NCBI GenBank assembly: GCA_041946805.1
Contig: JBHGBC010000067.1
Location: 1 to 29,076 of the forward strand
From: a bacterium
GTDB taxonomy: Bacteria; Hinthialibacterota; Hinthialibacteria; Hinthialibacterales; Hinthialibacteraceae
Reading direction: 5' to 3'
Length of the DNA: 29,076 nt
How positions within the stretch are numbered: the stretch's first letter is position 1; the number at the start of each line of letters is the position of its first letter. A program made the position numbers and the translations under genes. The notes beneath the pieces were generated by a model. The model made no database searches. It saw only the letters and a program-made list of their open reading frames with translations, and was not told the DNA's origin. Below are positions 8,423-17,414 of the stretch, piece after piece.

Positions 8423-10279
8423 ATGTCCGTATCGGCAATTTGGCGGTTTCTCGCGGGGATTCTGATGGTAGTGAGTGTTCCGGGTGTGGGAGAGGCCTTG
8501 AATCCCATCGGTTCGGAAATCCGGCAGCGGAAAGTGGCCGTACTGAATCTGACCCAACGTAACCATGAATCTCCCGCCAATGTTTTTTCCCTGGAGCACG
8601 CGATGCAGGTTGCGGGAGTTCCCTACATGGTGACCACGGACGTAGCCGCCGCCTGCGAATCCCGGCTGGTTTTGATCACATCGGCCTTGCATCCCAACAC
8701 CTTGAGCGCGCCGGAAAAGAACCAGCTGGTGGAATACGTGTGGGACGGCGGCGTGCTGGTGGCGCCCAACATCCGCGATGTCTTTTTCTATCCCCTGTTC
8801 GGGATCAGCGGGTACGCGCAGGGAAAATTCCGGAGCCAGATGACCTGGCTTACCGCCAACTTTCCGGCGATGGGCCGCTGGATCGATGATCCCAACGAGA
8901 TCGTTATCCGGTTGAGCAATCCCGGTAAATATCCGGAAGGACTAACGACGCAATCGTATGTGTTGAATGGATCCAAGTCCTTGGCCGAATTTGACGACCG
9001 TGGGCCGGCGGTGACCCTCTACCCGTTCGGCCAGGGACAGGCCGTGGCCCTGGGCTTTTCGGTCAGCGATTTGATCTCGCGGAATTTGTTCAACAACGAT
9101 CTGGAAGCTCAACGCATCTATTCGAACGGCTTCGAACCGGCCACCGATACCTTGATCTTTTTCCTGCTCTCGCTGGCCGAGCAATATGTTCCCTATACCG
9201 TCCGGAAGCACACCAGCCCGGGGCGCAGCCGGTCCACGCTGATCCTGACCCATGATATCGACGCGACGAGCTCGATGAATAACATGCTCTATTTCGCCCG
9301 GGGGGAATCGCTGCGGAATATCCGCGCGACCTATTTCATCACCACCCGGTATTTCAGTGATTTTTTTTTCAAGCCTTATTACAACCCCGAAACGGTTGCG
9401 ATTGTCAACCGTCTGCTCGATTACGGCCAGGCGCTGGCCAGCCATACCGTCGGTCATTTCCTGGATTTCAACGTGATCGGTTACGGCGCTCCCGGCAACA
9501 CGAGGGAAAACTACAGTCCTTACTACAATGAGAACATGCAATCGGTGGGCGCCACGTTGTATGGCGAGTGCGAAGTCTCCAAACAGGTGCTCGAGGCCGA
9601 CACGGGAGTCTCCATCACGTCGTTCCGCGCCGGGCATTTGGTCACGCATAAATATCAGACCAATGTGTTGGACGCATTGGGATACTTGTATGATTCCTCC
9701 CTCAGCGCGAATGATATCCTGACCAATTTCCCCTATTTCATGTTTTTTGACAAATCCATCAATTCCCCTATATCGAACGTAATCGAAATTCCCCTCACGA
9801 TTTCGGATGTATATGGAGATGAATTCAACGAGTTGAATTACGAGGAGGCCGTCAATGTATGGCTGGATGTCATTGCGAGGAATAGGGCCAATTCCGCGCC
9901 GGCCGTGTTGTTGATCCACCCCACCAAACTCATCAAATACACGGCGCAAGAATTGCTGTTGGACAACCTGCCCCATGATGTTATCGTCATGGACATGGAT
10001 TCCTATGGGGATTTTTGGCGCCGGCGCCTCGTGTTGCCGTTTGAAACCGGCCTATCCGGCCAGACTCTGACCATTGCCTTTCAATCCCCGAAAGAAGAGA
10101 TCGATCCCCGCCTCAGTTTGACCATCCGCGGCGGGGCCCGGCTGGAGGAAATCCAAATCCTGTGGAATGGGAATCCGGTGTACTATTTTGATCTCGATCC
10201 CTGGACCGGGGACGACGTGATTGTATCCAACATTCACGTTCAGGAATTCGTGGGCGTGGAGGATTGGGCGCGGTATTGA
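8423..10279 (+). CDS. Secreted polysaccharide deacetylase (NodB/CE4-like) with N-terminal GATase-like domain
   Basis: Signal peptide (…VGEA); LTHDID, SHTVGH, SFRAG, YDSS, LLIHP motifs; ends VEDWARY. Confidence 0.8.
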   Translation: MSVSAIWRFLAGILMVVSVPGVGEALNPIGSEIRQRKVAVLNLTQRNHESPANVFSLEHAMQVAGVPYMVTTDVAAACESRLVLITSALHPNTLSAPEKNQLVEYVWDGGVLVAPNIRDVFFYPLFGISGYAQGKFRSQMTWLTANFPAMGRWIDDPNEIVIRLSNPGKYPEGLTTQSYVLNGSKSLAEFDDRGPAVTLYPFGQGQAVALGFSVSDLISRNLFNNDLEAQRIYSNGFEPATDTLIFFLLSLAEQYVPYTVRKHTSPGRSRSTLILTHDIDATSSMNNMLYFARGESLRNIRATYFITTRYFSDFFFKPYYNPETVAIVNRLLDYGQALASHTVGHFLDFNVIGYGAPGNTRENYSPYYNENMQSVGATLYGECEVSKQVLEADTGVSITSFRAGHLVTHKYQTNVLDALGYLYDSSLSANDILTNFPYFMFFDKSINSPISNVIEIPLTISDVYGDEFNELNYEEAVNVWLDVIARNRANSAPAVLLIHPTKLIKYTAQELLLDNLPHDVIVMDMDSYGDFWRRRLVLPFETGLSGQTLTIAFQSPKEEIDPRLSLTIRGGARLEEIQILWNGNPVYYFDLDPWTGDDVIVSNIHVQEFVGVEDWARY

Positions 10280-10512
10280 GGGGGGGGGAGAGGGCTGTGA
10301 TCCGTGGATCAGGGGGATTCCCCGCGGAGGCCGAGAACGCCGAGGGTGTTCTCTCGACCAATCCGGGGATCCAGAGGGGGAACCATTGACCCGAAGGAAG
10401 CCATGTTTCTGGCGCGCCGTTGGCGCTCACAAAAACAATTCCGCCAATCGGCCAACAGAAGCATCAAAAGTTCTACATCCTCCCGTCCCTAACCGATACG
10501 GCTTATCCGGCG

Positions 10513-10782
10513 TTACTTGAGATAGGACCGCAGGATAGCCGCCACTTGCTCCAGGTCCTCGCGCTGAGCCGGATCCGCGGCCGCGCCAAGGTGTTCCCGG
10601 ACATGCCCCTCCAGCACTTCGGCCATCAAGCCATTCACCGCGCCCCGGATGGCGGCGATCTGCTGCAAGACCGCGGAACACGCGGTTTCCTGTTCCAGGG
10701 CTTTGAGTAACGCTTCCACCTGTCCCCGGATGCGCCGCGTCCGGATCAGCAGCTTCTTTTTGCCCGCGATCGTGTGAGCCAT
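10513..10782 (-). CDS. RcnR/DmeR-type (CsoR/RcnR/FrmR family) metal-sensing repressor, 89 aa
   Basis: MAHT…RRIRGQVEAL…C…QQIAAIRGAVNGLMAEVLEGHVREH; His3, Cys35, His60, His64 match the RcnR Ni/Co ligand pattern. True start ATG at 10782, not 11040. Confidence 0.9.
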   Translation of the reverse strand: MAHTIAGKKKLLIRTRRIRGQVEALLKALEQETACSAVLQQIAAIRGAVNGLMAEVLEGHVREHLGAAADPAQREDLEQVAAILRSYLK

Positions 10783-10806
10783 ACCGTATCCCCATTGCCA
10801 GGAATC

Positions 10807-10825
10807 TATACTGATGTATAGTATA
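10807..10825. promoter_or_regulatory. RcnR/DmeR-type operator between divergent genes
   Basis: TATACT-GATGTAT-AGTATA inverted repeat, i.e. TACT-N7-AGTA spacing as in the E. coli RcnR site; overlaps -10-like hexamers (TATAAT 10822-10827), TTGCCA at 10795-10800. Confidence 0.75.
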
Positions 10826-10861
10826 ATGCCAAATCCTTGGACTCCAAAGGCACCATACCGG

Positions 10862-11809
10862 ATGACCGTTCCCTTTTCGCTGGAATCCTGGCGCCACTCG
10901 CATGTCTTTGACGAAGGCAATCCCCTGGCCGAGAGAAACACCCGCTGGGCTGTCGCCCTCACTGCGCTGATGATGGCCGCCGAGATCACCGGCGGCTGGA
11001 TCTTCAACTCGATGGCCCTGCTGGCGGACGGCCTGCACATGAGCTCGCACGCCCTGGCGCTCGGACTGTCCGCCCTGGCCTACCTGGCGGCGCGCCGCTA
11101 TGCTCACGATCCGCGGTTTGCGTTTGGGACCTGGAAGATCGAGGTGCTGGGTGGCTATACCAGCGCCATTTTTTTAGTGTTGTTCGCCGGATTGATGCTG
11201 TTCCAGTCCGTCGAACGCCTGCTCGCGCCGATGCCCATCCACTACGACCGGGCCATCGTCATCGCCTTGGCGGGCCTGGCAGTCAATCTGGCCTGCGCCT
11301 GGCTGCTCCAGGACGGCCAGGGACACGGTCAGGGACACGGCCACGCCCACGCGCCGGCGAATCACCCGCGGCATCATGATTTGAACCTGCGTTCCGCCTA
11401 TCTCCACGTGGTTGCGGACGCGGCCACCTCGGTGCTGGCCATCTTCGCGCTGGTGGGCGGCAAGTACTGGGGCGCGCGCTGGCTCGATCCCGCCATGGGC
11501 ATCGTGGGCGCCGGGCTGGTTTCCGTGTGGGCCTACGGGTTGCTGCGCGATACCGGCCGGGTGCTGCTCGACGCCGAGATGGATGCGCCGGTGACGGAGG
11601 AAATCCGGGAACTCATCGCCGCCGCGCCGGTTCCGGCCGGCATCAGCGATCTGCACATATGGCGCGTGGGCAAGGGTAAATACGCGTGCGTCCTTTCCCT
11701 CGTCGCTCCGGGCGGCGTCACGCCGGATTATTTCAAACGGCGCTTGGGCGTGCACGAAGAGTTGGCGCATATTACCGTGGAGGTGAACGATCCGGCCTCC
11801 GCGCCGTGA
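10862..11809 (+). CDS. dmeF: CDF-family Co(II)/Ni(II) efflux transporter
   Basis: WRHSHVF N-terminus, SMALLADGLHMSSH, FAFGTWKIEVLGGYTSA, His-rich loop, HDLNLRSAYLHVVADAATS, DLHIWRVG. Start taken at ATG 10862 because 10814 lies inside the operator. Confidence 0.9.
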   Translation: MTVPFSLESWRHSHVFDEGNPLAERNTRWAVALTALMMAAEITGGWIFNSMALLADGLHMSSHALALGLSALAYLAARRYAHDPRFAFGTWKIEVLGGYTSAIFLVLFAGLMLFQSVERLLAPMPIHYDRAIVIALAGLAVNLACAWLLQDGQGHGQGHGHAHAPANHPRHHDLNLRSAYLHVVADAATSVLAIFALVGGKYWGARWLDPAMGIVGAGLVSVWAYGLLRDTGRVLLDAEMDAPVTEEIRELIAAAPVPAGISDLHIWRVGKGKYACVLSLVAPGGVTPDYFKRRLGVHEELAHITVEVNDPASAP

Positions 11810-11982
11810 AGCCGGGGTAGAAGCGGCGCCGATAGGGGGGATGACCTTCGGGGAGAGGGGCATGCATCACCACGGACACAGGTCATCAGGGGACCGTGGA
11901 GATCCGCTCGATCCCAAGTGGATAACCGCGGGTGACAATTCACGGTGGCATTATCTTTCCCTCGATTGCAAAATGGGGAACC

Positions 11983-13329
11983 TTATTCCACCGTGATGGA
12001 TGGTCCCATGATTTGATTGAACGCGATGTAGTTTTGGTAATGGTGAATGGAAACCCAATCCGCCAGGGGATCATCCCGCAGGCGGCGGTTGATTTCCCAG
12101 AGCACGGCGTTCATCCCGCCGGCCGTGGAATAATCCTGCGTCCGGGCGCCGATGGAGTAGCGGGTATTGTGACCGCGGGCAAGTGCGATAACCGGTGCGG
12201 CGTATTCCAGAATGGCGTCCGGCGTGGTTTTGGTATAGGCCATGATACTGACTTGGTTGACGGATCCGCAGAGTTGGTCCATGGCTCCGGAGTTGTATTT
12301 CACATAATACGGAGCCACATCCGCTTCGAGTGCCGCCTCCATATTCTCCGCGGCGATTTTCCACCGTGCTTCCGCATACATTTCCGCCAGCATTTGGATC
12401 CATGCGGCCCGGGTTTCCGGAGAGGCGCCGGTCCATTCGGATTGCGCTTCCGGCTCGATGTCCAGATGCAGTCCCGCGAAGCGTGCTTCCTCGGTGTATG
12501 ACCGATTCAACGCCGCCACGCGTTCGATCCAATTCAGCAATTGATACCGGTATTCGGAGTAGAACCAGCGCGTTGAACTGACCAGCGCGGAGGTTTCGAT
12601 CCCGCTGGCGCGCAATTTCGCGATCATCCCCGGCAGGAGTTCCAGCATCGCGGGCGTATTCAGGACCGTTTGGTTGGTGGAAAAGTACACTTTGCGGATT
12701 TGATACAGCAGGCAAGTATCGTGGAAAGCCTGAACGGCCGCCTCGCTCACCAGAATCTCCTCCTCGTTCCAAACCCAAACCGCGCAGTTCCGGCCGGCGT
12801 CCGCTTCCGGTGTGGGAGTGGCGGTCGGCGTGGCAGTGGGTTCCGGCGTCTCGGTGGGCTCCGCCGTGGGTGTGGGGGTCACCGTGGGCGTGGGAGTCGC
12901 GGTGGAGGTGGCGGTCGGCGCCGGCGGGGGAGGGGAAGTGGGTGTGTCCGTGGCCGTTGGGGTTGGTGATGGGAAAACCGTGGGCGTGGCAGTGGATGTG
13001 GAAGTATGTGTGGCTGTCGGGGTTGCTGCGGGATCCGGCCGGCCGGCAGGCGTCGGTGTGGATTTCTTTTTTCCCTTGGAGGTTGAAATGGGAGCGGCGG
13101 GATTCATGCTCTTATCCTGGGAACCGGCCGCCCCGATGGGGTCTGTCGCGCTGGAGATGGCCGGGGAGCTGAAGACCTCGGGGGGGATATCGAGCGGGAA
13201 CAGCATCGCTTGGGCGGAGCTTTTCCGGACGGGATAAGCCCAGCATAGGATTAACAGGATGGGAATCAATCCGCTCCGGTACTTCTGATGAAGACGGGGA
13301 AACGGGTATGGCGGTGAAAACGGTTTCAT
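11983..13329 (-). CDS. Secreted protein: Pro/Thr-rich linker plus GH18-like TIM-barrel domain
   Basis: RBS GGGAGGGG before ATG 13329; hydrophobic signal region; PT-rich stalk; AVWVWN…FAGLHLDIEPE…SIMAY…SIHHY domain. Confidence 0.75.
   Translation of the reverse strand: MKPFSPPYPFPRLHQKYRSGLIPILLILCWAYPVRKSSAQAMLFPLDIPPEVFSSPAISSATDPIGAAGSQDKSMNPAAPISTSKGKKKSTPTPAGRPDPAATPTATHTSTSTATPTVFPSPTPTATDTPTSPPPPAPTATSTATPTPTVTPTPTAEPTETPEPTATPTATPTPEADAGRNCAVWVWNEEEILVSEAAVQAFHDTCLLYQIRKVYFSTNQTVLNTPAMLELLPGMIAKLRASGIETSALVSSTRWFYSEYRYQLLNWIERVAALNRSYTEEARFAGLHLDIEPEAQSEWTGASPETRAAWIQMLAEMYAEARWKIAAENMEAALEADVAPYYVKYNSGAMDQLCGSVNQVSIMAYTKTTPDAILEYAAPVIALARGHNTRYSIGARTQDYSTAGGMNAVLWEINRRLRDDPLADWVSIHHYQNYIAFNQIMGPSITVE
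12805..13060 (-). repeat. Low-complexity Pro/Thr linker coding repeats
   Basis: Encodes TPTATHTSTSTATPT…PTATPTATPTP. Confidence 0.8.
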
Positions 13330-13580
13330 GACAGAGTCCCCTCCCGCGGCCGGGTTCATGAGTGATCCGCGCGGAACGCCGCGAAGAAGGGGGCTGCTCC
13401 GCCCGGCAGCCCTGCTGCCCGGTCCACGAATCCCGTGGAGGTGGGCCAGAAGCTTTGCGTCCCACCCTTTCGGATGGTTTGCCTTTCTCAGGCGTGAAAA
13501 CCGGTTGAGAGAAAAAATTACCTCATCGCTCTTCCCTCCGGCCGGATGGGGCCGGTTTCCTGCAAATCAGGGCAAAACAT

Positions 13581-13612
13581 AGATAAGAAAACTGCCAGAT
13601 AAGAAAACTGCC
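13581..13612. repeat. Perfect 16-bp tandem direct repeat
   Basis: AGATAAGAAAACTGCC x2. Confidence 0.9.
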
Positions 13613-13993
13613 TATTGCCGATCCGTCTGGGTTTTGGGGACCGGTACGAGCAAAAAGAGAGCCAAAAGAGAGTAAGCGAATTACAAGATTGGCGCTCTTG
13701 TAGTTTTGTAATATAAACATGTAAATGAAGTGGATTTTTCCGGGAACCGGATGGGTTTTCCTGCTCAAAAATCAAAGGTTAGGCGGGATGCGCCCGGGTG
13801 GTTTTTTCGGGTAGCGGTTCGGGAATGGCGATATGGAAAACGGCCGCTTACCGGCCCTGGGCCAGCGACTGTAATCCGAATGCGATTACAGTAACTGGCA
13901 TGGTTACACAGGGGACCGCCGGGTGGGATCGGCAGGATCCGCCGGCGTGGAATGCCGGATTTTCGATAATTTGCAGTGAGTATCCTATAATGC

Positions 13994-14023
13994 TTGACAA
14001 AAGGGTCCATGCCGATTTATAAT
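13994..14023 (+). promoter_or_regulatory. Consensus sigma70-type promoter
   Basis: TTGACA (13994-13999), 18-bp spacer, TATAAT (14018-14023), followed by a very AT-rich tract; points toward the GT2 operon. Confidence 0.65.
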
Positions 14024-14683
14024 TCATAAATTAATTTTTATATAATTTTGCTTATAAACTCGGAAGAGTATTTTTAATAATTGGTTTATCCAGAAGCAAT
14101 AGTAATATATTTTGAAATATCATGCATGAATTATTCGGATATCCGGTACGAGTGGAATCGTTCTCGGAACCCTATCCATGGGGAAAGCTGGGATTGGGAA
14201 GAACGGCAAACCGTTCCAGGAACCTGATATCTCCTTATTAAAGTTTTGTAATACTAACGGCGAAAATAGGACCAAAGCAGGAAACGGCGAAGGCCGGCTG
14301 TTTCATAGGGCTTTCATTCGATGAGTTATCTTATGTCCTTTTTTCAGGGGATTTGGATACGTCATGGCAGGGACGGAGGGAGAAGTTGGTGTGACACCCC
14401 CATGGATAACTCGATGGTTCTGAAATGGTTAAAACCCTCATTGGAGCCAGGAAGCCTTTCATCCCGTGTATTGTCCATGGGAGACTCCACCTTATTTGTC
14501 CATCCATCCTTCTCGTGGAATTGAAGACGGCGCTTTTTTCCGGCAGCCATGGGCGCCCGGCGGCGGTCCGGGAACAATCGAGAAGCCGGGTCTCTGGATT
14601 ATGAGAGGAAGGGGAGTTTTTTTTCATTCGCGCATGGCATCGGATACCCGCCTCGCCGGCCGGTATCGGGAAGAGGACCAATC

Positions 14684-16141
14684 ATGACGGGCACCCTGAC
14701 GGAGAAAGAATTCAAGTTCACGCTCCTGGCGAATCCAAAATCCAAACTGGTTCCCGATGGCATCGAAACTCTCGTACCCGGGGTGGACTTGATCCAGGGG
14801 GAGGCTATCGATGTAGCCTCGTTTCTGGCCACGGACGTTTTTTTGATTTGCTTCGACGATCCGGAATGGGGATGGAGCCATGTCAAGGCGCTGCGGCAGG
14901 ATGAACATCAGCTGATCAAGCCCGTCGCCTCCCTCTCTCTGGATCCGCTGGAAGGTCCGGAGGATATGCTCGATGAGCAAATCCTGCTGTCGGGGGACCG
15001 GCTCCAGGCGGGCAAACAACTCGGCACCTTGAAGCGGCTCTCGCAGGAGGCGGTCCAATTCCCCATCACGCCCGAGGGAATCGAGGAATGCAAGCGCCGG
15101 GAGATCTTGTTTTTGAGTTACATAGCCGTCCGGGCGGCCCGGGGCAACGGCCTGCGGCCGCAAGTGGACATCGCCGCCTCGACCGGATACACCTACCCGC
15201 TCGTATCGCTGTTTCTCCAGTATCCGTGCGTTAAGGCGCATGAAGTGCTGGACAGCTGGGAGAAGGCCAAGCTGCTGCAGGGTGAAATCGTGGACCGGAT
15301 CAATCTCTGTCCCCAGTGCCGGCATTACAACCTCAATTTCCGGGAAGTGTGCCCCCTGTGCGGGTCGGGCCGGATTCAGGAAGAGTCGACCATTCACCAT
15401 TTTTCGTGCGGGTATATCGGCTTTGAACGCGATTACACCCAGGGGATGAAATGGATCTGCCCCAAGTGCGGGAAGGATTTGCGGCATATCGGAGTGGATT
15501 ACGACAAGCCGGTGGACAACATCTGGTGTTCGGACTGCCACGCGAATTTCTCCGAACCCGCCGTCCAGTGTTTTTGCCTGCATTGCCGGAAAATATCCAC
15601 TCCCGCGGATTTGGTACTGCGGCCGATCTACCGCTATCACCTGACCAACATCGGCCTCCGGTACGCGCGGAACGGAGTGCTGCCCGAGTTCGGCTTCATC
15701 GACCTGCTCAAGGACAATTTCAACCTGTACGACGTCAATGTTTTCAGGGAATTCCTGCGGATCGAGGTCCTGCGGTGCCGGCGGTACAAGTTTGATTCCT
15801 CGTTGATGGTGATCCAGGTGGAAAATTTCGGAGAACTCTGGGAGCGGATGGGGCTGGATTTCGTCATCCGGATGCGCAAGGAATTCATCGACTTGTTGAA
15901 ACGGGACCTCCGCAATACCGATCTCCTCGCGGTTCTGGGTGGCAATGAAATCGCCTTGCTGCTGACCAACACGCCGATTCAGCAGACCGATATGATTTTC
16001 GACCGGCTGAAGCGGTATTTCGACTCCGTCTTCGAGCACCAACTCCGGTTGAATGGCGGCCGGTACGACTTGTCGAGGGAGAATGCCGGCCTGGAAAGGT
16101 TTTTGACGGATGGTAGCCGCCCTGCTGCAGAGCCTTTTTGA
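14684..16141 (+). CDS. Multi-Zn-ribbon (TackOD1-like) protein with C-terminal degenerate GGDEF domain; probable c-di-GMP receptor
   Basis: RBS GAGG before ATG 14684; CPQC, CPLC, HFSC, CPKC, CSDC, CLHC; RNTD (RxxD I-site) five residues before GGNEI. Confidence 0.8.
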   Translation: MTGTLTEKEFKFTLLANPKSKLVPDGIETLVPGVDLIQGEAIDVASFLATDVFLICFDDPEWGWSHVKALRQDEHQLIKPVASLSLDPLEGPEDMLDEQILLSGDRLQAGKQLGTLKRLSQEAVQFPITPEGIEECKRREILFLSYIAVRAARGNGLRPQVDIAASTGYTYPLVSLFLQYPCVKAHEVLDSWEKAKLLQGEIVDRINLCPQCRHYNLNFREVCPLCGSGRIQEESTIHHFSCGYIGFERDYTQGMKWICPKCGKDLRHIGVDYDKPVDNIWCSDCHANFSEPAVQCFCLHCRKISTPADLVLRPIYRYHLTNIGLRYARNGVLPEFGFIDLLKDNFNLYDVNVFREFLRIEVLRCRRYKFDSSLMVIQVENFGELWERMGLDFVIRMRKEFIDLLKRDLRNTDLLAVLGGNEIALLLTNTPIQQTDMIFDRLKRYFDSVFEHQLRLNGGRYDLSRENAGLERFLTDGSRPAAEPF

Positions 16142-17414
16142 GTTCATCGGGCAATTGACGTGGGAACGGTTCTTCCGGACCTTCTGGTATTATCTCGTCC
16201 TGGACTTCCCCCGTTACATTCTGTTCGATTTCGTCGTGGTCTTCCTGATCTTCAAGCAACGGCTGCGGGCCGCCGTGTCCCGCCGCCAGGCCTTGTTCGA
16301 TCATCAGTTGCAAAACCATCCTCCCCTCGTTTCCGTGATTGTGCCCGCCTTGAACGAGGCGGCTACCATTCCTTATACCATTCAAACCCTGCTCGAACAA
16401 TCGTACAAGAACCTGGAAATCATCCTGGTGGACGATGGATCGGATGACCATACGGCCCGGATTGTCCAAGTCTTCGATCCCGCGCGGGTGAAATATTTCC
16501 GGCTGGCGGTGCGGTCGGGCAAAGCCGCGGCCTTGAATTTCGGATTGCGGCGCGCACGGGGCGAGTTCATCGTTTTCATCGATTCGGATTCGACCCTGGA
16601 ACGGGACGCGGTGTACGAGGTTTTGCGGCCGTTCTCCCATCCCAAGGTGGGGGCGGTGGCCGGCAATCTCAATCCCCGCAACGCGGGGGACAATTTGTTG
16701 ACCACGCTGCAGACGGTCGAGTATCTGTTCACCATCACCGTCGGGCGCCTCGTGCGGGCCCGGGCGAACATCCTCTCCATCATCTCCGGCGCGTTCGGCG
16801 CGTTCCGCCGCTCGGCGATCGATTTGGATTTCATCGGCGGGCAGGAGCCGGGGCCGGGCAACGATTCCGATATCACGATCCGGGTCCGGAAGGTGGGATA
16901 CCGGATCGAGTTCGTCCCGGAAGCCATCTGCCGGACGGACGTGCCCATCCGGCTGCTCCCGTTCTTTCGGCAACGCTGGCGCTGGGACCGCAACCTGATC
17001 AAGAACCGCCTGCGCAAGCACCGGGATGTGTTCAACATCTTCGCGCATCATTTCAATTTGTACAATTTTTTCTCCTTCCTTGATTTGATTTTCTTTCATT
17101 GCGTGCTGGCGGTGCTGGCCCCGTTGTATATCATCGACATACTGGCCAACTACCGCCGGGACGCGCTGATCATTTTTCTGATGAATTATTTCATATACAC
17201 CTTTTCCTCCATGCTGGAATTGACCGCCGCCTCCTATATCACCCGGCGGTGGAGCTACATGCAATTTATCCCCTATCTGTTCATCTACAACTTCTATCAC
17301 AAGATGATGAAGTTTTCCCGGTTGTTCGGATACGTTCAGGAACTGTTTTTCTTCTATTCCTATCACGATCCCTTCGCGCCGAAAAAAGTCAGGGAAAGGA
17401 TATTGCGATGGTAG
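16110..17414 (+). CDS. Processive GT2 polysaccharide synthase (PgaC/IcaA/HasA-like)
   Basis: N-terminal TM, VIVPALNE, DDGS, GKA, DSD, GND, QRWRW, C-terminal TM helices; overlaps upstream gene by 32 nt. Confidence 0.9.
   Translation: MVAALLQSLFEFIGQLTWERFFRTFWYYLVLDFPRYILFDFVVVFLIFKQRLRAAVSRRQALFDHQLQNHPPLVSVIVPALNEAATIPYTIQTLLEQSYKNLEIILVDDGSDDHTARIVQVFDPARVKYFRLAVRSGKAAALNFGLRRARGEFIVFIDSDSTLERDAVYEVLRPFSHPKVGAVAGNLNPRNAGDNLLTTLQTVEYLFTITVGRLVRARANILSIISGAFGAFRRSAIDLDFIGGQEPGPGNDSDITIRVRKVGYRIEFVPEAICRTDVPIRLLPFFRQRWRWDRNLIKNRLRKHRDVFNIFAHHFNLYNFFSFLDLIFFHCVLAVLAPLYIIDILANYRRDALIIFLMNYFIYTFSSMLELTAASYITRRWSYMQFIPYLFIYNFYHKMMKFSRLFGYVQELFFFYSYHDPFAPKKVRERILRW

Noticed and set aside
13581..13672. 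CRISPR-like array
   Set aside because: Only two short abutting copies, no spacers and no cas genes.
14200..14310. Possible c-di-GMP-I riboswitch (GGCAAACC at about 14206, CAAAGC at about 14273)
   Set aside because: The GNRA-capped P2 and adjacent GACGCAAAGC core are not present in the right spacing; would need an Infernal hit.
13518..14681. Short ORFs of 67-116 aa in the long intergenic region
   Set aside because: Mutually overlapping, atypical composition, no motifs; a small peptide cannot be excluded.
15900..15960. Active diguanylate cyclase call for 14684-16141
   Set aside because: Signature is GGNEI, lacking the catalytic acidic residue at position 3.
17099..17407. N-terminal extension of the TolC-like ORF (also extensions at 14549-14683 and 10783-11040)
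   Set aside because: They overlap other genes or lack an RBS; downstream ATGs give proper signal peptide, RBS or family N-termini.
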